NCBI GenBank assembly: GCA_963770895.1
Contig: CAVYRF010000002.1
Coordinates: forward strand, 2,240,001-2,304,000
Direction: 5' to 3'
Length of the DNA stretch: 64,000 nt
Origin: an uncultured Acidobacteriota bacterium
GTDB taxonomy: Bacteria; Acidobacteriota; Thermoanaerobaculia; Multivoradales; UBA5704
The notes under the pieces were generated by a model that saw only the letters and a program-made list of their open reading frames with translations, was not told the origin of the DNA and did no database searches. This document shows positions 44,902 to 56,188 of this stretch, one piece after another. The position numbers and the translations under genes are program-made. Each line of letters opens with the position of its first letter. Within the stretch, counting starts at the first letter, position 1.

Positions 44902-45510
44902 TCAGGGCTTTTCGCGGGTGAAGTCGGCGATCCAATTGGTTTCCCAGGTGGTGCCGCCGTCGGCTGAAAAGGCCTGCTCCCAGCGTGCGGTGTCGCGGTT
45001 TTTGACGGTCCAGCGGAAGCGCACGATGACGCTCTGGCCGTTGATCTCTTCCTGATCGAAGAAGTCGCCGCGGCCGTCCGCCTTGAACTTGCCGACGGTG
45101 GCGGGCAGGGCCATGACGCCGCTGGACTGGTTGGCCCAATAGATGCTCCACTGGTGGGTCTTGGTGTTGTAGGTGCGCACGGTCAAGCCCTCCATGTGGC
45201 CTGACGGCGTGTCGGCTTCCAGCTCGTCCATGTTGGCGCGGCCGTCCCAGATCGGCTTGGCGATGACGGTGCTGTCGAACTCCACCCAGGTGTTGGAACC
45301 GGTGAGCGGCTTGAGCAGCCGCCGGTTGTGGCCCTTCCAGCGGCCGAACTCGAAGTCGAAGTCGTGCTGGCCGTCGCGCTCCTCGGCCACCGTCGGCGCA
45401 CCGGCCGGCGCTCCGCCCGGGCTGGCCTGCGCCAGCGCCGGCGCCGTGCAGGCCGCCACGATCACAGCTCCCCACGCCAACGAGATTTGAAGACGCTTTG
45501 CGATTTGCAT
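44902..45510 (-). CDS. Secreted hypothetical protein (DUF1579-like beta-barrel)
   Basis: Signal peptide; 'DGQHDFDFEFGRWKGHNRRL', 'WEQAFSADGGTTWETNW'. Confidence 0.8.
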   Translation of the reverse strand: MQIAKRLQISLAWGAVIVAACTAPALAQASPGGAPAGAPTVAEERDGQHDFDFEFGRWKGHNRRLLKPLTGSNTWVEFDSTVIAKPIWDGRANMDELEADTPSGHMEGLTVRTYNTKTHQWSIYWANQSSGVMALPATVGKFKADGRGDFFDQEEINGQSVIVRFRWTVKNRDTARWEQAFSADGGTTWETNWIADFTREKP

Positions 45511-45701
45511 TGCCGGTTCTCCCAATGAGGGCCGCATGGTTCCCGGCGGTTTCGTCCGCCTTCTTCAGCGGCTGTCTGCGGAGCACTCTAGGGGGTCAAT
45601 AGGACAGGAACGACCCTAATTGCTCTGCGTCTTGCGAAGAGCTCGGCGCCGCCCCTATGACAGAATTGTTCTCGCAATCGCGCAACTTTCGCGGAGGTCC
45701 A

Positions 45702-48700
45702 ATGCGCAGCTGTCTGTTCGTGGCAATCTGGCTGCTCGCCCTGGCCGCCACTCGTCCGGCAGAGGCGGCGCCGGCCGCGGACGCAACGGCAAGCGCCGCG
45801 CCGCCCGGCGCAACCTCCGCCGCGGCCTCCGCGACCCCGACAGCCGCCGCTCCTCTCGACGTGGCGAGCCTGGGCAAGGCGATCGACGCCGCGGCGCTCG
45901 ATCCGGCCGGGGCGGTGGCGGTCAACCACCTGGCGCTGAGCGCCGGACCTGCCAGGGTGGAGCTGACGAGCGGCGTGCTGATCCCGGCGGCGCGGCTGGG
46001 TGGGCGGACGATCGAGCTGGTCTTCGTCGGCGCCGGCCGCGTCACCCTCGACCCACCCGACGCCATCGAGGCCAACCAGCTGGACCTGTTCACGGCGCGG
46101 CCGCGGCTCGATGAAAACGTCACCGCCGCGGTGCTGGTGCTCGGCTTGGACAGCGCCGCCGCCTCGCTGCTGCGCCGGCCGCCGTCGGCGCCGGGCGCCG
46201 CGGACCTGGCCACGGCCCAGGACCTGTTTGCGGCATGGAAGAAGCGCGAGCGCCGGGTGATGGGCGTCGAAGGGCGCATTCTGTCCCGCGCCGCCGGCGA
46301 CCCCGCGCTGGCCGGGTACTTTGCCGCCCTGTGCCGCGGCGCGCGGCTGGGCGAGTTCCTGTACGTGTTCGACCCCCAGGCGCAGGAACAGGTGACGCTC
46401 GGCCGCTTCGTGCCGCTCGACCCGACGGCGAAGCAGAAAAAGGAGCTGCTCAAGGAGCTGGCGCGCGAGCAGCGCAAGGGCCGCCTGATGGGCATGGACC
46501 TGGACGAGCTGGGCACCTGGGACACCTGGGTCGGCGCCTCGCCGCGCGACGCGCAGGGGCGGCAGCTGCCGGGCGCGGCGGCGTTCGAGCCGCGGCTCTA
46601 CGAGCTGGATACCACGCTGGCCAAGGACCTGCGCTTGAGCGGCAAGGCGCGCATCGAGCTGGTGCCGGTGGTGGAGGGAGCGCGCACGGTGGACCTGCGG
46701 CTGGACCGCAACCTGACGGTCAGCCGCGTCAGCCTCGACGCGCCTGGCGCGACGAATGCGACGAGCGCGACGAGCGCGACGAATGCGACGAATGCGGCGA
46801 ACGCGACGAATGCGATCGGCGCCGCGGGTGCGGCAAGCTCCAACCTGCCGTTCCGCTGCACCGGCGGCGACCTCACCGTGGTGCTGCCGCGGGCCTTCGG
46901 CAAGGGCGAGGTGGTGGGCCTGACGGTCGAGTACGCCGGTTCGGTGATCCAGACCGACGACGGCGCCTCGACGCTGCTCAACACCACGGCCTGGTACCCG
47001 CACGCTGGCGAGATCGATCGGGCGCGCTATACGGCGACCTTCCACTGGCCGCGCAGCTACAGCCTGCTGGCGTCCGGGCATCGCCTGGCGGGCGGCGACG
47101 CCAGCGGCGGGCAGCAGTGGGAAAAGCGCGCCATCGAACAGCCGACGGTCGCCTTCTCCTTCGAGATCGGCAAGTTCAGGTTGCAGACGGTGCAGGCCGG
47201 CCACGTGCGCATCACCATCGGTCTGGACCAGGCGGTGGCACGGCTGCTGACCGCCGACGTGCGCGAACAGATCCAGCACACGGCGGCCGACGCGCTGAGC
47301 TATTACGAGACCGTCTTCGGGCCCTACCCCTTCGACGAGCTGGCGGTGGCCACCTCGCTGCGTGATTTCTCGCAGGGCACGCAGGGCCTGGTGACGCTGT
47401 CCGACGAGATGCTCCTGGACTTCGGCTTCTACTCGAACCTGTACGGCCTGCCGGACCGCCGCGCCGTCATCGCGCACGAGCTGGCCCATCAATGGTGGGG
47501 CGACGGGGTGGGCTGGGCCAGCTACCGCGACCAGTGGATCAGCGAGGCCCTGGCGTCCTACTGCGCCTTGCGCTATATCGCTCATGCCGGGCTCGACCAT
47601 GAGGTGATCGGATTGACCGCGCAGTGGCAACAGACGCTGACCGATACCATCGCCCAGGGCCGCGACGTCGAGTCGATCGGGCCGGTGGTGCTCGGCGCGC
47701 GCCTGTCGTCCAGCCTGTCGAGCAGCGCCTACGAGGCGATCGTCTATGACAAGGGCACGGTGGTGCTGAAGACGCTGGAAGCGACGCTGGGGCCGGACGC
47801 CATGTTGCGCGCCCTGGTCAAGGTCTATCGGCAGAATCTCAACCAGACCCTGTCCACCCAGGACCTGGTGAGCCAGCTGGGCGCCGCCGCGAGCACCGAC
47901 CTGTCGGCCTTTGCCGACCAGTTCATCTACGGCACCGGGCTGCGCACGATCCTCTATTCGTACCATTTCAAGCCGCTCGGCGCGGGCACCTTCCAGGTCG
48001 CGGGCACGACGCGGCAGGAGACGCCGCGCCACTATCGCTATCGCGTGGTGAGATCCGCCGCCGGCGCCCTGGACGTGCAGCGCGAACCGATCCGCGAGCG
48101 GGCGGCCGCCGCCCCGCCGCTGGCGGTGCCGGCCGACATCGAAGTCGTCGATCCGTCCCTGCCGCCGGCCAAAAAGGGCGCCGCCAACGCCACCGTGCAC
48201 GGCCGCTTCTGGGTGCGCGGCCAGGCGAGCGATTTCGCCATCGAGGTGCACGGCGAGCCCAAGGCCTTCTACCTGGATCGCCAAGCCGACGTCTTCGCCC
48301 GCTTCTACGACGAGGAGCGCCATCCGCGGCTGTCCCTGCTGGTTGCGGCGCGCATCGCCGCCGACCAGGACCAGGCGGCCGATGCCGAGTCGCTGCTCGC
48401 CAAGGCACTGGCGACCGACGACAAGGACGAATCCAACCGCTGGTACGAGCACGGCGCGCTGTTCCGCGACCACGGCCAGACCCAGCGCCTGCTGACGGTG
48501 GAGATCCAGCTTTCCCGCGCCCGTCTCTTCCTGCAGCAGGGGCGCGACGCCGACGCCAAGGCGGCGCTGGACGGCGCCGGCGAGGCGGGCGCCTACCAGC
48601 TGGGCGACGACCGCGACCTGCTGCTGGCGTGGCTCGATCTCCACCTCGGCCGCTTCGACAGCGCCTTTCGCCGCCTGCGTGACAGCCAGATCGACTCTGC

Positions 48701-48851
48701 CGAAGCGACGTTGCTGCTGGCCATCGCCGCCCAGGCCACCGGCCACCACCAGGAGCTGGAGGCCGCCCTGAAGGCCGCCCGCCGTCAGGGCGCCGACGCC
48801 ACCCTGCTGCAGCCGGCCGCCGCCGCCGGCGCCCATGCGGGTGTCAACTAG
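45702..48851 (+). CDS. M1-family (gluzincin) zinc metallopeptidase with C-terminal TPR-like helices
   Basis: GGAGG RBS, signal peptide, HELAH-x18-E ('HELAHQWWG...WISEALA'), 'IVYDKG'. Confidence 0.88.
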   Translation: MRSCLFVAIWLLALAATRPAEAAPAADATASAAPPGATSAAASATPTAAAPLDVASLGKAIDAAALDPAGAVAVNHLALSAGPARVELTSGVLIPAARLGGRTIELVFVGAGRVTLDPPDAIEANQLDLFTARPRLDENVTAAVLVLGLDSAAASLLRRPPSAPGAADLATAQDLFAAWKKRERRVMGVEGRILSRAAGDPALAGYFAALCRGARLGEFLYVFDPQAQEQVTLGRFVPLDPTAKQKKELLKELAREQRKGRLMGMDLDELGTWDTWVGASPRDAQGRQLPGAAAFEPRLYELDTTLAKDLRLSGKARIELVPVVEGARTVDLRLDRNLTVSRVSLDAPGATNATSATSATNATNAANATNAIGAAGAASSNLPFRCTGGDLTVVLPRAFGKGEVVGLTVEYAGSVIQTDDGASTLLNTTAWYPHAGEIDRARYTATFHWPRSYSLLASGHRLAGGDASGGQQWEKRAIEQPTVAFSFEIGKFRLQTVQAGHVRITIGLDQAVARLLTADVREQIQHTAADALSYYETVFGPYPFDELAVATSLRDFSQGTQGLVTLSDEMLLDFGFYSNLYGLPDRRAVIAHELAHQWWGDGVGWASYRDQWISEALASYCALRYIAHAGLDHEVIGLTAQWQQTLTDTIAQGRDVESIGPVVLGARLSSSLSSSAYEAIVYDKGTVVLKTLEATLGPDAMLRALVKVYRQNLNQTLSTQDLVSQLGAAASTDLSAFADQFIYGTGLRTILYSYHFKPLGAGTFQVAGTTRQETPRHYRYRVVRSAAGALDVQREPIRERAAAAPPLAVPADIEVVDPSLPPAKKGAANATVHGRFWVRGQASDFAIEVHGEPKAFYLDRQADVFARFYDEERHPRLSLLVAARIAADQDQAADAESLLAKALATDDKDESNRWYEHGALFRDHGQTQRLLTVEIQLSRARLFLQQGRDADAKAALDGAGEAGAYQLGDDRDLLLAWLDLHLGRFDSAFRRLRDSQIDSAEATLLLAIAAQATGHHQELEAALKAARRQGADATLLQPAAAAGAHAGVN
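46749..46811 (+). repeat. 9-bp tandem repeat x7 (GCGACGAAT/GCGACGAGC), in frame as AT(N/S)
   Basis: Encodes ATNATSATSATNATNAANATN. Confidence 0.9.
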
Positions 48852-48854
48852 CGA

Positions 48855-51377
48855 GTGGGAACCGCAAGGGCAAGCAGGCTCGTTGCCGCGCCGGCCGCTC
48901 CGGCGCTGCTTGGCGCGGCGTGGGTCGCGGCGCTGTGGGGCGAGCTGGCGCTGCCCGGCGTGGCGCTGGCCAATCGCGACATCGCGGGGTTCCACCTGCC
49001 GCTGCGCACCTGCCTGGTGCGGCTGGCGGCACTCGGCTGGCCGCTGTGGAACCCCTGGCTGACCGGCGGCCAGCCGGTGCTGTCCAATCCCAACTACGCG
49101 GCGCTCTATCCGCCCACCTGGCTGGCCTGGGCGCTGGGGCCGCTCTATTCGCTCAATTGGCTGGTGCTGATCCACGGCGGCATCGCGTTTGCCGGCGCCT
49201 GGACGCTGGCGCGGCGCCTGGGTGGCGGGCGCGCCGCGGCGGCGCTGGCGGCGATCGGGTACAGCGGCTGCGGCGCCTACGTTTCGCTGCTCAACGCCTT
49301 CACCATGTTCACCAGCATGGCCTGGTTCCCGTGGGTGCTGGCGGGCGCCGCGGCGGCGGTCGAGCGCGCCGAGCGCCGGGCGTGGCTGCCCGCGGCGCTC
49401 CTGGGCGGCGGCGCCTGGGGGTTGCAGGTGCTGGGCGGCGATCCGGTGTGCGAGCTGATGACCGGCATCGCGGTGCTGCTGCTGGGGCTGGCGACGGCGG
49501 TGCGGCGGCCGCCAGGACCCCTGGGGGTGCGGCGGGCGGCGCGCCTGCTGGTGGTCCTGGGGTTCGCACTGGCGGTGTCCGCCGTGCAGCTGCTGCCGGC
49601 CGCGCAGCGGCTCGCCGGCTCCACGCGCGCGCGCGGCCTGGCCGCCGCGCGCGCCGCCGACTGGTCGCTGCCGCCGGCGCGTCTGGGCGAGGTGGTGTTC
49701 CCCAGGCTGTTCGGCGACCCGGCGCGGTCCAAGGAGGGGCTGTATTTTGGCGGCGGCCTGGATCCGCGCGGCGAGCCCTACGTGGCCTCGCTCTATCCGG
49801 GCCTGCTGCTGGCGGTCGTCGGGCTGGGTGCGCTTCTGAGCGGCGCCGGCGGCGCTCCTGGCTCCGCCTCCGCCCCCTTGTCCGCCCCCGTTCCGCGCCT
49901 GCCGCTGCGCGCCGTGTGGGCGGGCGGCGCGGCGGTCGGGTTCGGGCTGGCGCTGGGGCGTCACAATCCGCTGAACGCGCCGCTGCTGGCGCTGCTGCCG
50001 GCGTTCGCGGTGCAGCGTTTCGCGGAAAAGTACGCGGTTCTGGGCGTCGCCTGCCTGGTGTTCGCCGGCGCCCTGGGCTGGCAGCGCCTGCTCGCCGCCG
50101 CCGGCCCGGCGCGCCGCCGGGCGAGCGCCCTGCCCTGGGCGCTGGCCCTGGCGGTGTGCGCCGTCGCGGCCCTGGCGCTCGCCCTGCTGGGCGCGCGTCC
50201 CGGCGCGGTGCTCGAGCTGCTGCGGCGGTCCGGTCTGTCGGCGCCGCCGGACCTGGCGCTGGCGGCCCTGCGGCGGGAGGCGCGCACGGCGCTGGCGCTG
50301 GCGCTGAGCGTCGCCGCGCTGCTGACCGCCCTGCGCCGCGGCTGGCTGGCGCCGCCGGCGCTGTCGCGGCTGGCCGTGGCGCTGCTGGCGGCGGACCTGT
50401 GGATGTACTGCCACGGCCTGGCCGCCGTCGTGCCGGCCGCCGAGTACGCCGCCGCGCCGGTCCTGGCCGCCCGCCTGCCGGCCGGCGAGCCGATCTTTGT
50501 CGATCCCGCCGCCAGCCGCGGGCCGCGGGCGATGCAGGCCGGCGTGCCGCCCGAGGTGGCGGCGCTGCGCTCTCAGCTGTCGTCGTTGCTGCCCTACACG
50601 CCGGTGCTGTGGGGCATCCCCTACGCCCTCAACCCCGACTACGACGTCACCGCGACGCGCTGGTCGCAGCTGGCGATCGGCGCCATGGAGGGCGACCGCC
50701 GCACCGCGCCGCAGCTGGTGCTGCGCCAGGCGGGGGCGTGGGGCGCCGCCACCGTCCTGGTGCGCAAGCCCGACGCCGCGTGGCTGCGCGAGCTGGCGGT
50801 CGACGGCGGCGCCCCGCCGCTCGTGGCGCTGGCCGATCCCTTCCGCCTGCCGCGGCTGCGCTTCGTGCCGCGGGTGACGGTGCACGGCAGCTATCGCGAA
50901 GCGTTGGCGGCGGCGCGCGCCGAGGGCTACGACGTGGGCCGGTCCGAGCACCGCTGGCAGGCTGGCGGCGCGGCGCGCGTGGAGGATTACGCCGCGGACG
51001 CGACGCTGGTCGCCCAGGCCGATACCGGCGGCCGGCTGCGGCTACGCTACCGGGCCGGGGGGGCGGGCTTTCTGGTCGTCGCAACCACCTTCGATCCGGG
51101 GTGGCACGCAATCGTGGACGGGCGGGACGACGGCCGCGGTGCCCCAGACGGTGGGCAGGCCGGCGGCAGGGCCCTGCCGCCGGTGCCGACGGCCCTCTGC
51201 CAGCTGGCCGTGGCGGTGCCGGCGGGCGACCACCGGCTGGAGCTTGCCTATCGCGAACCGCTGCTGCCGGCGGGGGCCGCCGTCAGCTTGCTGGCGCTGG
51301 TCGCCGGCGCCGCGACGCTGGCCTGGTGCCGCCGGGCCGCGGCGCCCGAGCTTCAGCCTTCCCAGTCCCAGAAATAG
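48855..51377 (+). CDS. YfhO family (GT-C-like) membrane protein
   Basis: 'NRDIAGFHLP', 'PLWNPWLTGGQPVLSNPNYAALYP', C-terminal 'FDPGWHAIVDG...VAVPAGDHRLELAY'. Confidence 0.85.
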   Translation: MGTARASRLVAAPAAPALLGAAWVAALWGELALPGVALANRDIAGFHLPLRTCLVRLAALGWPLWNPWLTGGQPVLSNPNYAALYPPTWLAWALGPLYSLNWLVLIHGGIAFAGAWTLARRLGGGRAAAALAAIGYSGCGAYVSLLNAFTMFTSMAWFPWVLAGAAAAVERAERRAWLPAALLGGGAWGLQVLGGDPVCELMTGIAVLLLGLATAVRRPPGPLGVRRAARLLVVLGFALAVSAVQLLPAAQRLAGSTRARGLAAARAADWSLPPARLGEVVFPRLFGDPARSKEGLYFGGGLDPRGEPYVASLYPGLLLAVVGLGALLSGAGGAPGSASAPLSAPVPRLPLRAVWAGGAAVGFGLALGRHNPLNAPLLALLPAFAVQRFAEKYAVLGVACLVFAGALGWQRLLAAAGPARRRASALPWALALAVCAVAALALALLGARPGAVLELLRRSGLSAPPDLALAALRREARTALALALSVAALLTALRRGWLAPPALSRLAVALLAADLWMYCHGLAAVVPAAEYAAAPVLAARLPAGEPIFVDPAASRGPRAMQAGVPPEVAALRSQLSSLLPYTPVLWGIPYALNPDYDVTATRWSQLAIGAMEGDRRTAPQLVLRQAGAWGAATVLVRKPDAAWLRELAVDGGAPPLVALADPFRLPRLRFVPRVTVHGSYREALAAARAEGYDVGRSEHRWQAGGAARVEDYAADATLVAQADTGGRLRLRYRAGGAGFLVVATTFDPGWHAIVDGRDDGRGAPDGGQAGGRALPPVPTALCQLAVAVPAGDHRLELAYREPLLPAGAAVSLLALVAGAATLAWCRRAAAPELQPSQSQK

Positions 51378-52435
51378 TCTTTGTTGGTGAGCGCGGCTTC
51401 TTCTTCGACGGCGCCGCCGCCGTCACCCGGGTCGCCGTCCGCCGCCGGCGCCGCCAGCTCGCCGCGCACCAGCGCCAGCTGCTCTTCGAGGTCGTCGGTC
51501 TCGCGCTGCCAGTATTCCGGAGCGCCGAACTGCGGCCAGGCCGCCGGAAACGCCGGGTCGTGCCAGCGCCGCGCCAGCCAGGCGGCGTAGTGGATGACCC
51601 GCAGGCCGCGCAACGGCTCGATCAGCCGCAGCGTCGAGCGGTCGAACAGACGGAACTGCTCGTACCCTTCGAGGAAGCGGTCGCACAGCGAACGGGCGAA
51701 CGCGTCGCGCCCCGGCAGCGCCAGCCAGACGTCCTGCACCGCGGGCCCCACCGTCATGTCGTCGAAGTCGAGCACGCGCAGCACGCCGTCGCGCAGCAGG
51801 ATGTTGCCCAGGTGCAGGTCGCCGTGCAGGCGGTGGATCTGCGCCGGGTCGAGCTCCGCCAGCGCGCCGTCCAGGGCGGTGGCGATCCCCAGGGCGGCGT
51901 CGCAATAGCGGTTGCGGAGGTGCGCCGGCAGGGTGCCGTGGTCGGCGAGCCACGCCACGTCGTCGCGGATGAAGGTATCGGCAGTCAGGCGCAGGCGGTG
52001 GGGCGCCGGTTGGCGCGCGGCGACGTTGTGCAGCCTGCCGACCAGCATGCCCAGGCGGTGGGCGGTCGCGGCGGTCAGCTCGTCGGGAGCCCGGCCGCCG
52101 CTGCGGTCGGCGAGGCTGTAATAGATGTCGTCGATGCTGTGCAGGGTGCTGCCGTCGGGGAACGGCCGCACCGGGCAGACGGGCACTTCTTCGGCTTCCA
52201 GCTGGTGCAGAAACTGGTGCTCTTCGAGGATCTGCTGCTGGCTCCAGCGGCCGGGCCGGTAGAACTTGGCGACGATGCGCGAGCGGTCTTCCAGCTCGAC
52301 TTCGTAGACCCGGTTCTCGAAGGAGTTGAGCGGGTAGCAGACCGGGTTGCAGTGCAGGCCGGCCGCTTCGACGGCGGCGAGCACCCGCTCGGGCGTCAAC
52401 GTCAGGAACAGATCGGTGGCCGGCGCGACCTCCAT
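51353..52435 (-). CDS. srkA: Stress-response Ser/Thr kinase SrkA (RdoA/YihE)
   Basis: 'LNSFENRVY', 'KFYRPGRWSQQQILEEHQF', 'HGDLHLGN', 'DFDD', 'WLARRWHDPAFP'. Confidence 0.93.
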   Translation of the reverse strand: MEVAPATDLFLTLTPERVLAAVEAAGLHCNPVCYPLNSFENRVYEVELEDRSRIVAKFYRPGRWSQQQILEEHQFLHQLEAEEVPVCPVRPFPDGSTLHSIDDIYYSLADRSGGRAPDELTAATAHRLGMLVGRLHNVAARQPAPHRLRLTADTFIRDDVAWLADHGTLPAHLRNRYCDAALGIATALDGALAELDPAQIHRLHGDLHLGNILLRDGVLRVLDFDDMTVGPAVQDVWLALPGRDAFARSLCDRFLEGYEQFRLFDRSTLRLIEPLRGLRVIHYAAWLARRWHDPAFPAAWPQFGAPEYWQRETDDLEEQLALVRGELAAPAADGDPGDGGGAVEEEAALTNKDYFWDWEG

Positions 52436-52576
52436 GCTCGCAATCTAGCACGAGCGCCAGGAACGATTGCCGGGAGGTGAAAAAAGGTGGGCGTCCCCAG
52501 GTGAAGCTGCGCGAGTTTTGTAATACACTCGGCGCGACTCGCCGCAGCCAGTTGACCTCTACCGAGTGGAGAACGT

Positions 52577-53920
52577 ATGGCCGATGCCTCTTTCTTCGAC
52601 CGCCAGAGGACTGTCGCTCCGTCCCATTACAACCGTTGGCTGGTGCCCCCGGCCGCGCTGGCGATCCACCTGTCGATCGGACAGGTCTACGCGCTCAGCG
52701 TTTTCAACCTGCCGCTGTCCAAGCTGATCGGCATCAAGGACTCGGCACCCGGCGACTGGTCTCTGACCATGACCGCCTACATTTTCAGCCTGGCCATCGC
52801 GATCCTCGGCCTGTCCGCCGCCGTCTTCGGCAAGTGGCTGGAGCGGGTGGGGCCGCGCCTGGCGATGTTCGTCGCCGCGGCCTGCTTCGGCGGCGGCTTC
52901 ATGGTCGCGGCGCTGGGGGTCTACCTGCACCAGTTCTGGATCGTGATGGGCGGCTACGGGGTGCTCGGCGGCATCGGGCTGGGGCTGGGCTACATCTCGC
53001 CGGTGTCGACCCTGATCAAATGGTTCCCCGACCGGCCGGGCATGGCCACGGGCCTGGCGATCATGGGCTTCGGCGGCGGCGCGATGATCGCCTCGCCGCT
53101 GTCCACCGACCTGATGGCACACTTCAAGACCGCCACCTCGATGGGCGTGTGGGAAACCTTCCTGACGCTCGGGGTGCTCTACTTCGTGTTCATGATGTTC
53201 GGCGTGCTGACGGTGCGGCTGCCGTCGCCGGACTGGAAGCCCTCCGGCGCGCCGCCCGCCCGCCAGGTCGCGGCCGGTGCCAACGTCGAAGTCAACGAAG
53301 CGATGCGCACGCCGCAGTTCTACCTGCTGTGGCTGGTGCTGTGCATGAACGTGAGCGCCGGCATCGGCGTGCTCAGCCAGGCTTCGCCGATGATCCAGGA
53401 AACCGTGGGAGTGAGCGCCGCGGCTGCCGGCGGCTTCGTCGGCCTGCTCAGCCTGACCAACATGATCGGCCGCTTCTTCTGGTCGTCGACTTCCGACTAC
53501 ATCGGCAGGAAGGCAACCTACGCCATCTTCTTCCTGCTCGGCATCGCGCTCTACGTGCTGACGCCGACGCTGGGCCGCAGCGGCAACGTGGCGCTGTTCG
53601 TGCTGGCCTACGCCATCATCCTGAGCATGTACGGCGGCGGCTTCGCCACCATCCCGGCCTATCTGCGCGACAAGTTCGGCACCATGCAGGTCGGCGCCAT
53701 CCACGGCCGCCTGCTGACCGCCTGGTCGGTGGCGGGCGTGCTGGGACCGACGCTCCTCAGCCGCATCCGCGACGAACGCATCAAGCACGGCGTGCCCAAG
53801 GCCGACGCCTACAGCACGACCATGTACATCATGGCCGGCCTGCTGGCGATCGGCTTTATCGCCAACATGTTGGTGACCAAGGTGGATGCAAAGCACCAGT
53901 ACAAAGGAGACGCGCGATGA
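52577..53920 (+). CDS. OFA (oxalate:formate antiporter) family MFS transporter
   Basis: 'IHLSIGQVYA', 'GYISPVSTLIKWFPDRPGMATGLAIMGFGGG', 'GAIHGRLLTAWS'. Confidence 0.93.
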   Translation: MADASFFDRQRTVAPSHYNRWLVPPAALAIHLSIGQVYALSVFNLPLSKLIGIKDSAPGDWSLTMTAYIFSLAIAILGLSAAVFGKWLERVGPRLAMFVAAACFGGGFMVAALGVYLHQFWIVMGGYGVLGGIGLGLGYISPVSTLIKWFPDRPGMATGLAIMGFGGGAMIASPLSTDLMAHFKTATSMGVWETFLTLGVLYFVFMMFGVLTVRLPSPDWKPSGAPPARQVAAGANVEVNEAMRTPQFYLLWLVLCMNVSAGIGVLSQASPMIQETVGVSAAAAGGFVGLLSLTNMIGRFFWSSTSDYIGRKATYAIFFLLGIALYVLTPTLGRSGNVALFVLAYAIILSMYGGGFATIPAYLRDKFGTMQVGAIHGRLLTAWSVAGVLGPTLLSRIRDERIKHGVPKADAYSTTMYIMAGLLAIGFIANMLVTKVDAKHQYKGDAR

Positions 53921-54048
53921 CCGACAACCCCTCGCCGGCCAATCCGGCTGAACCGGCCCTGCTGGCCGGCGCCTGGCTGTTCGTCGGCATCCCGCTCGCC
54001 TGGGGCGTCTGGAACGTGTTCGTCAAGGCGCTCGACTTGTTCAAGTAG
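53917..54048 (+). CDS. MFS transporter small subunit (43 aa, single TM)
   Basis: AAGGAG RBS, ATGA overlap, '[14 protein letters not shown]' motif. Confidence 0.8.
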   Translation: MTDNPSPANPAEPALLAGAWLFVGIPLAWGVWNVFVKALDLFK

Positions 54049-54265
54049 CGATCGTCCGGCCCGGCGGCCCCGGCCGGGGTCCTTGTCCTTGCGACCCCGG
54101 CCAGGCGCCGGCGCAGAATCCCCCGCGGCGGCGCAGGCCAGCGATTCTCCCCGCGCCGCTCGCCTCCTCCTTTTCTCCCGGCGCCGCCGGTCGCGTGCTT
54201 CCTCTATAATCCCGCCCTCCGCCCGCGCCGTCGCGCGGGTCGCACGTCTTGACCCAGGAGTCCGC

Positions 54266-55951
<1,686 letters not shown>

Positions 55952-56188
55952 GAGACTGCCCGCCTGGCGCCGTGTGGTCGGCACGGCGCGCCGTTTCCCG
56001 CTGCAGATTCCATCGGTTTTACTCCTGCGCCCCGTCCTGGGACAGCGCGCGCACGCGTGGCCTGCCCTGTCGCTGGCACCGAGGTTGCACAAAGGGAATG
56101 GTGCGCGCGGCGGGCGATGAGAGGTGGTGAGAGAGCGGCCCGAAGCGGCGAAAGTGCAACGGGAATCGTCCCACGAGAGGAGTGCATC

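Noticed and set aside
45588-50951. Very long antisense or alternate-frame ORFs (1787 aa here; also 8671-10626, 11424-13817, 48920-52480, 54041-56257)
   Set aside because: Shadows of well-supported genes, expected at high GC where stop codons are scarce; Arg/Gly/Ala-rich with no motifs.
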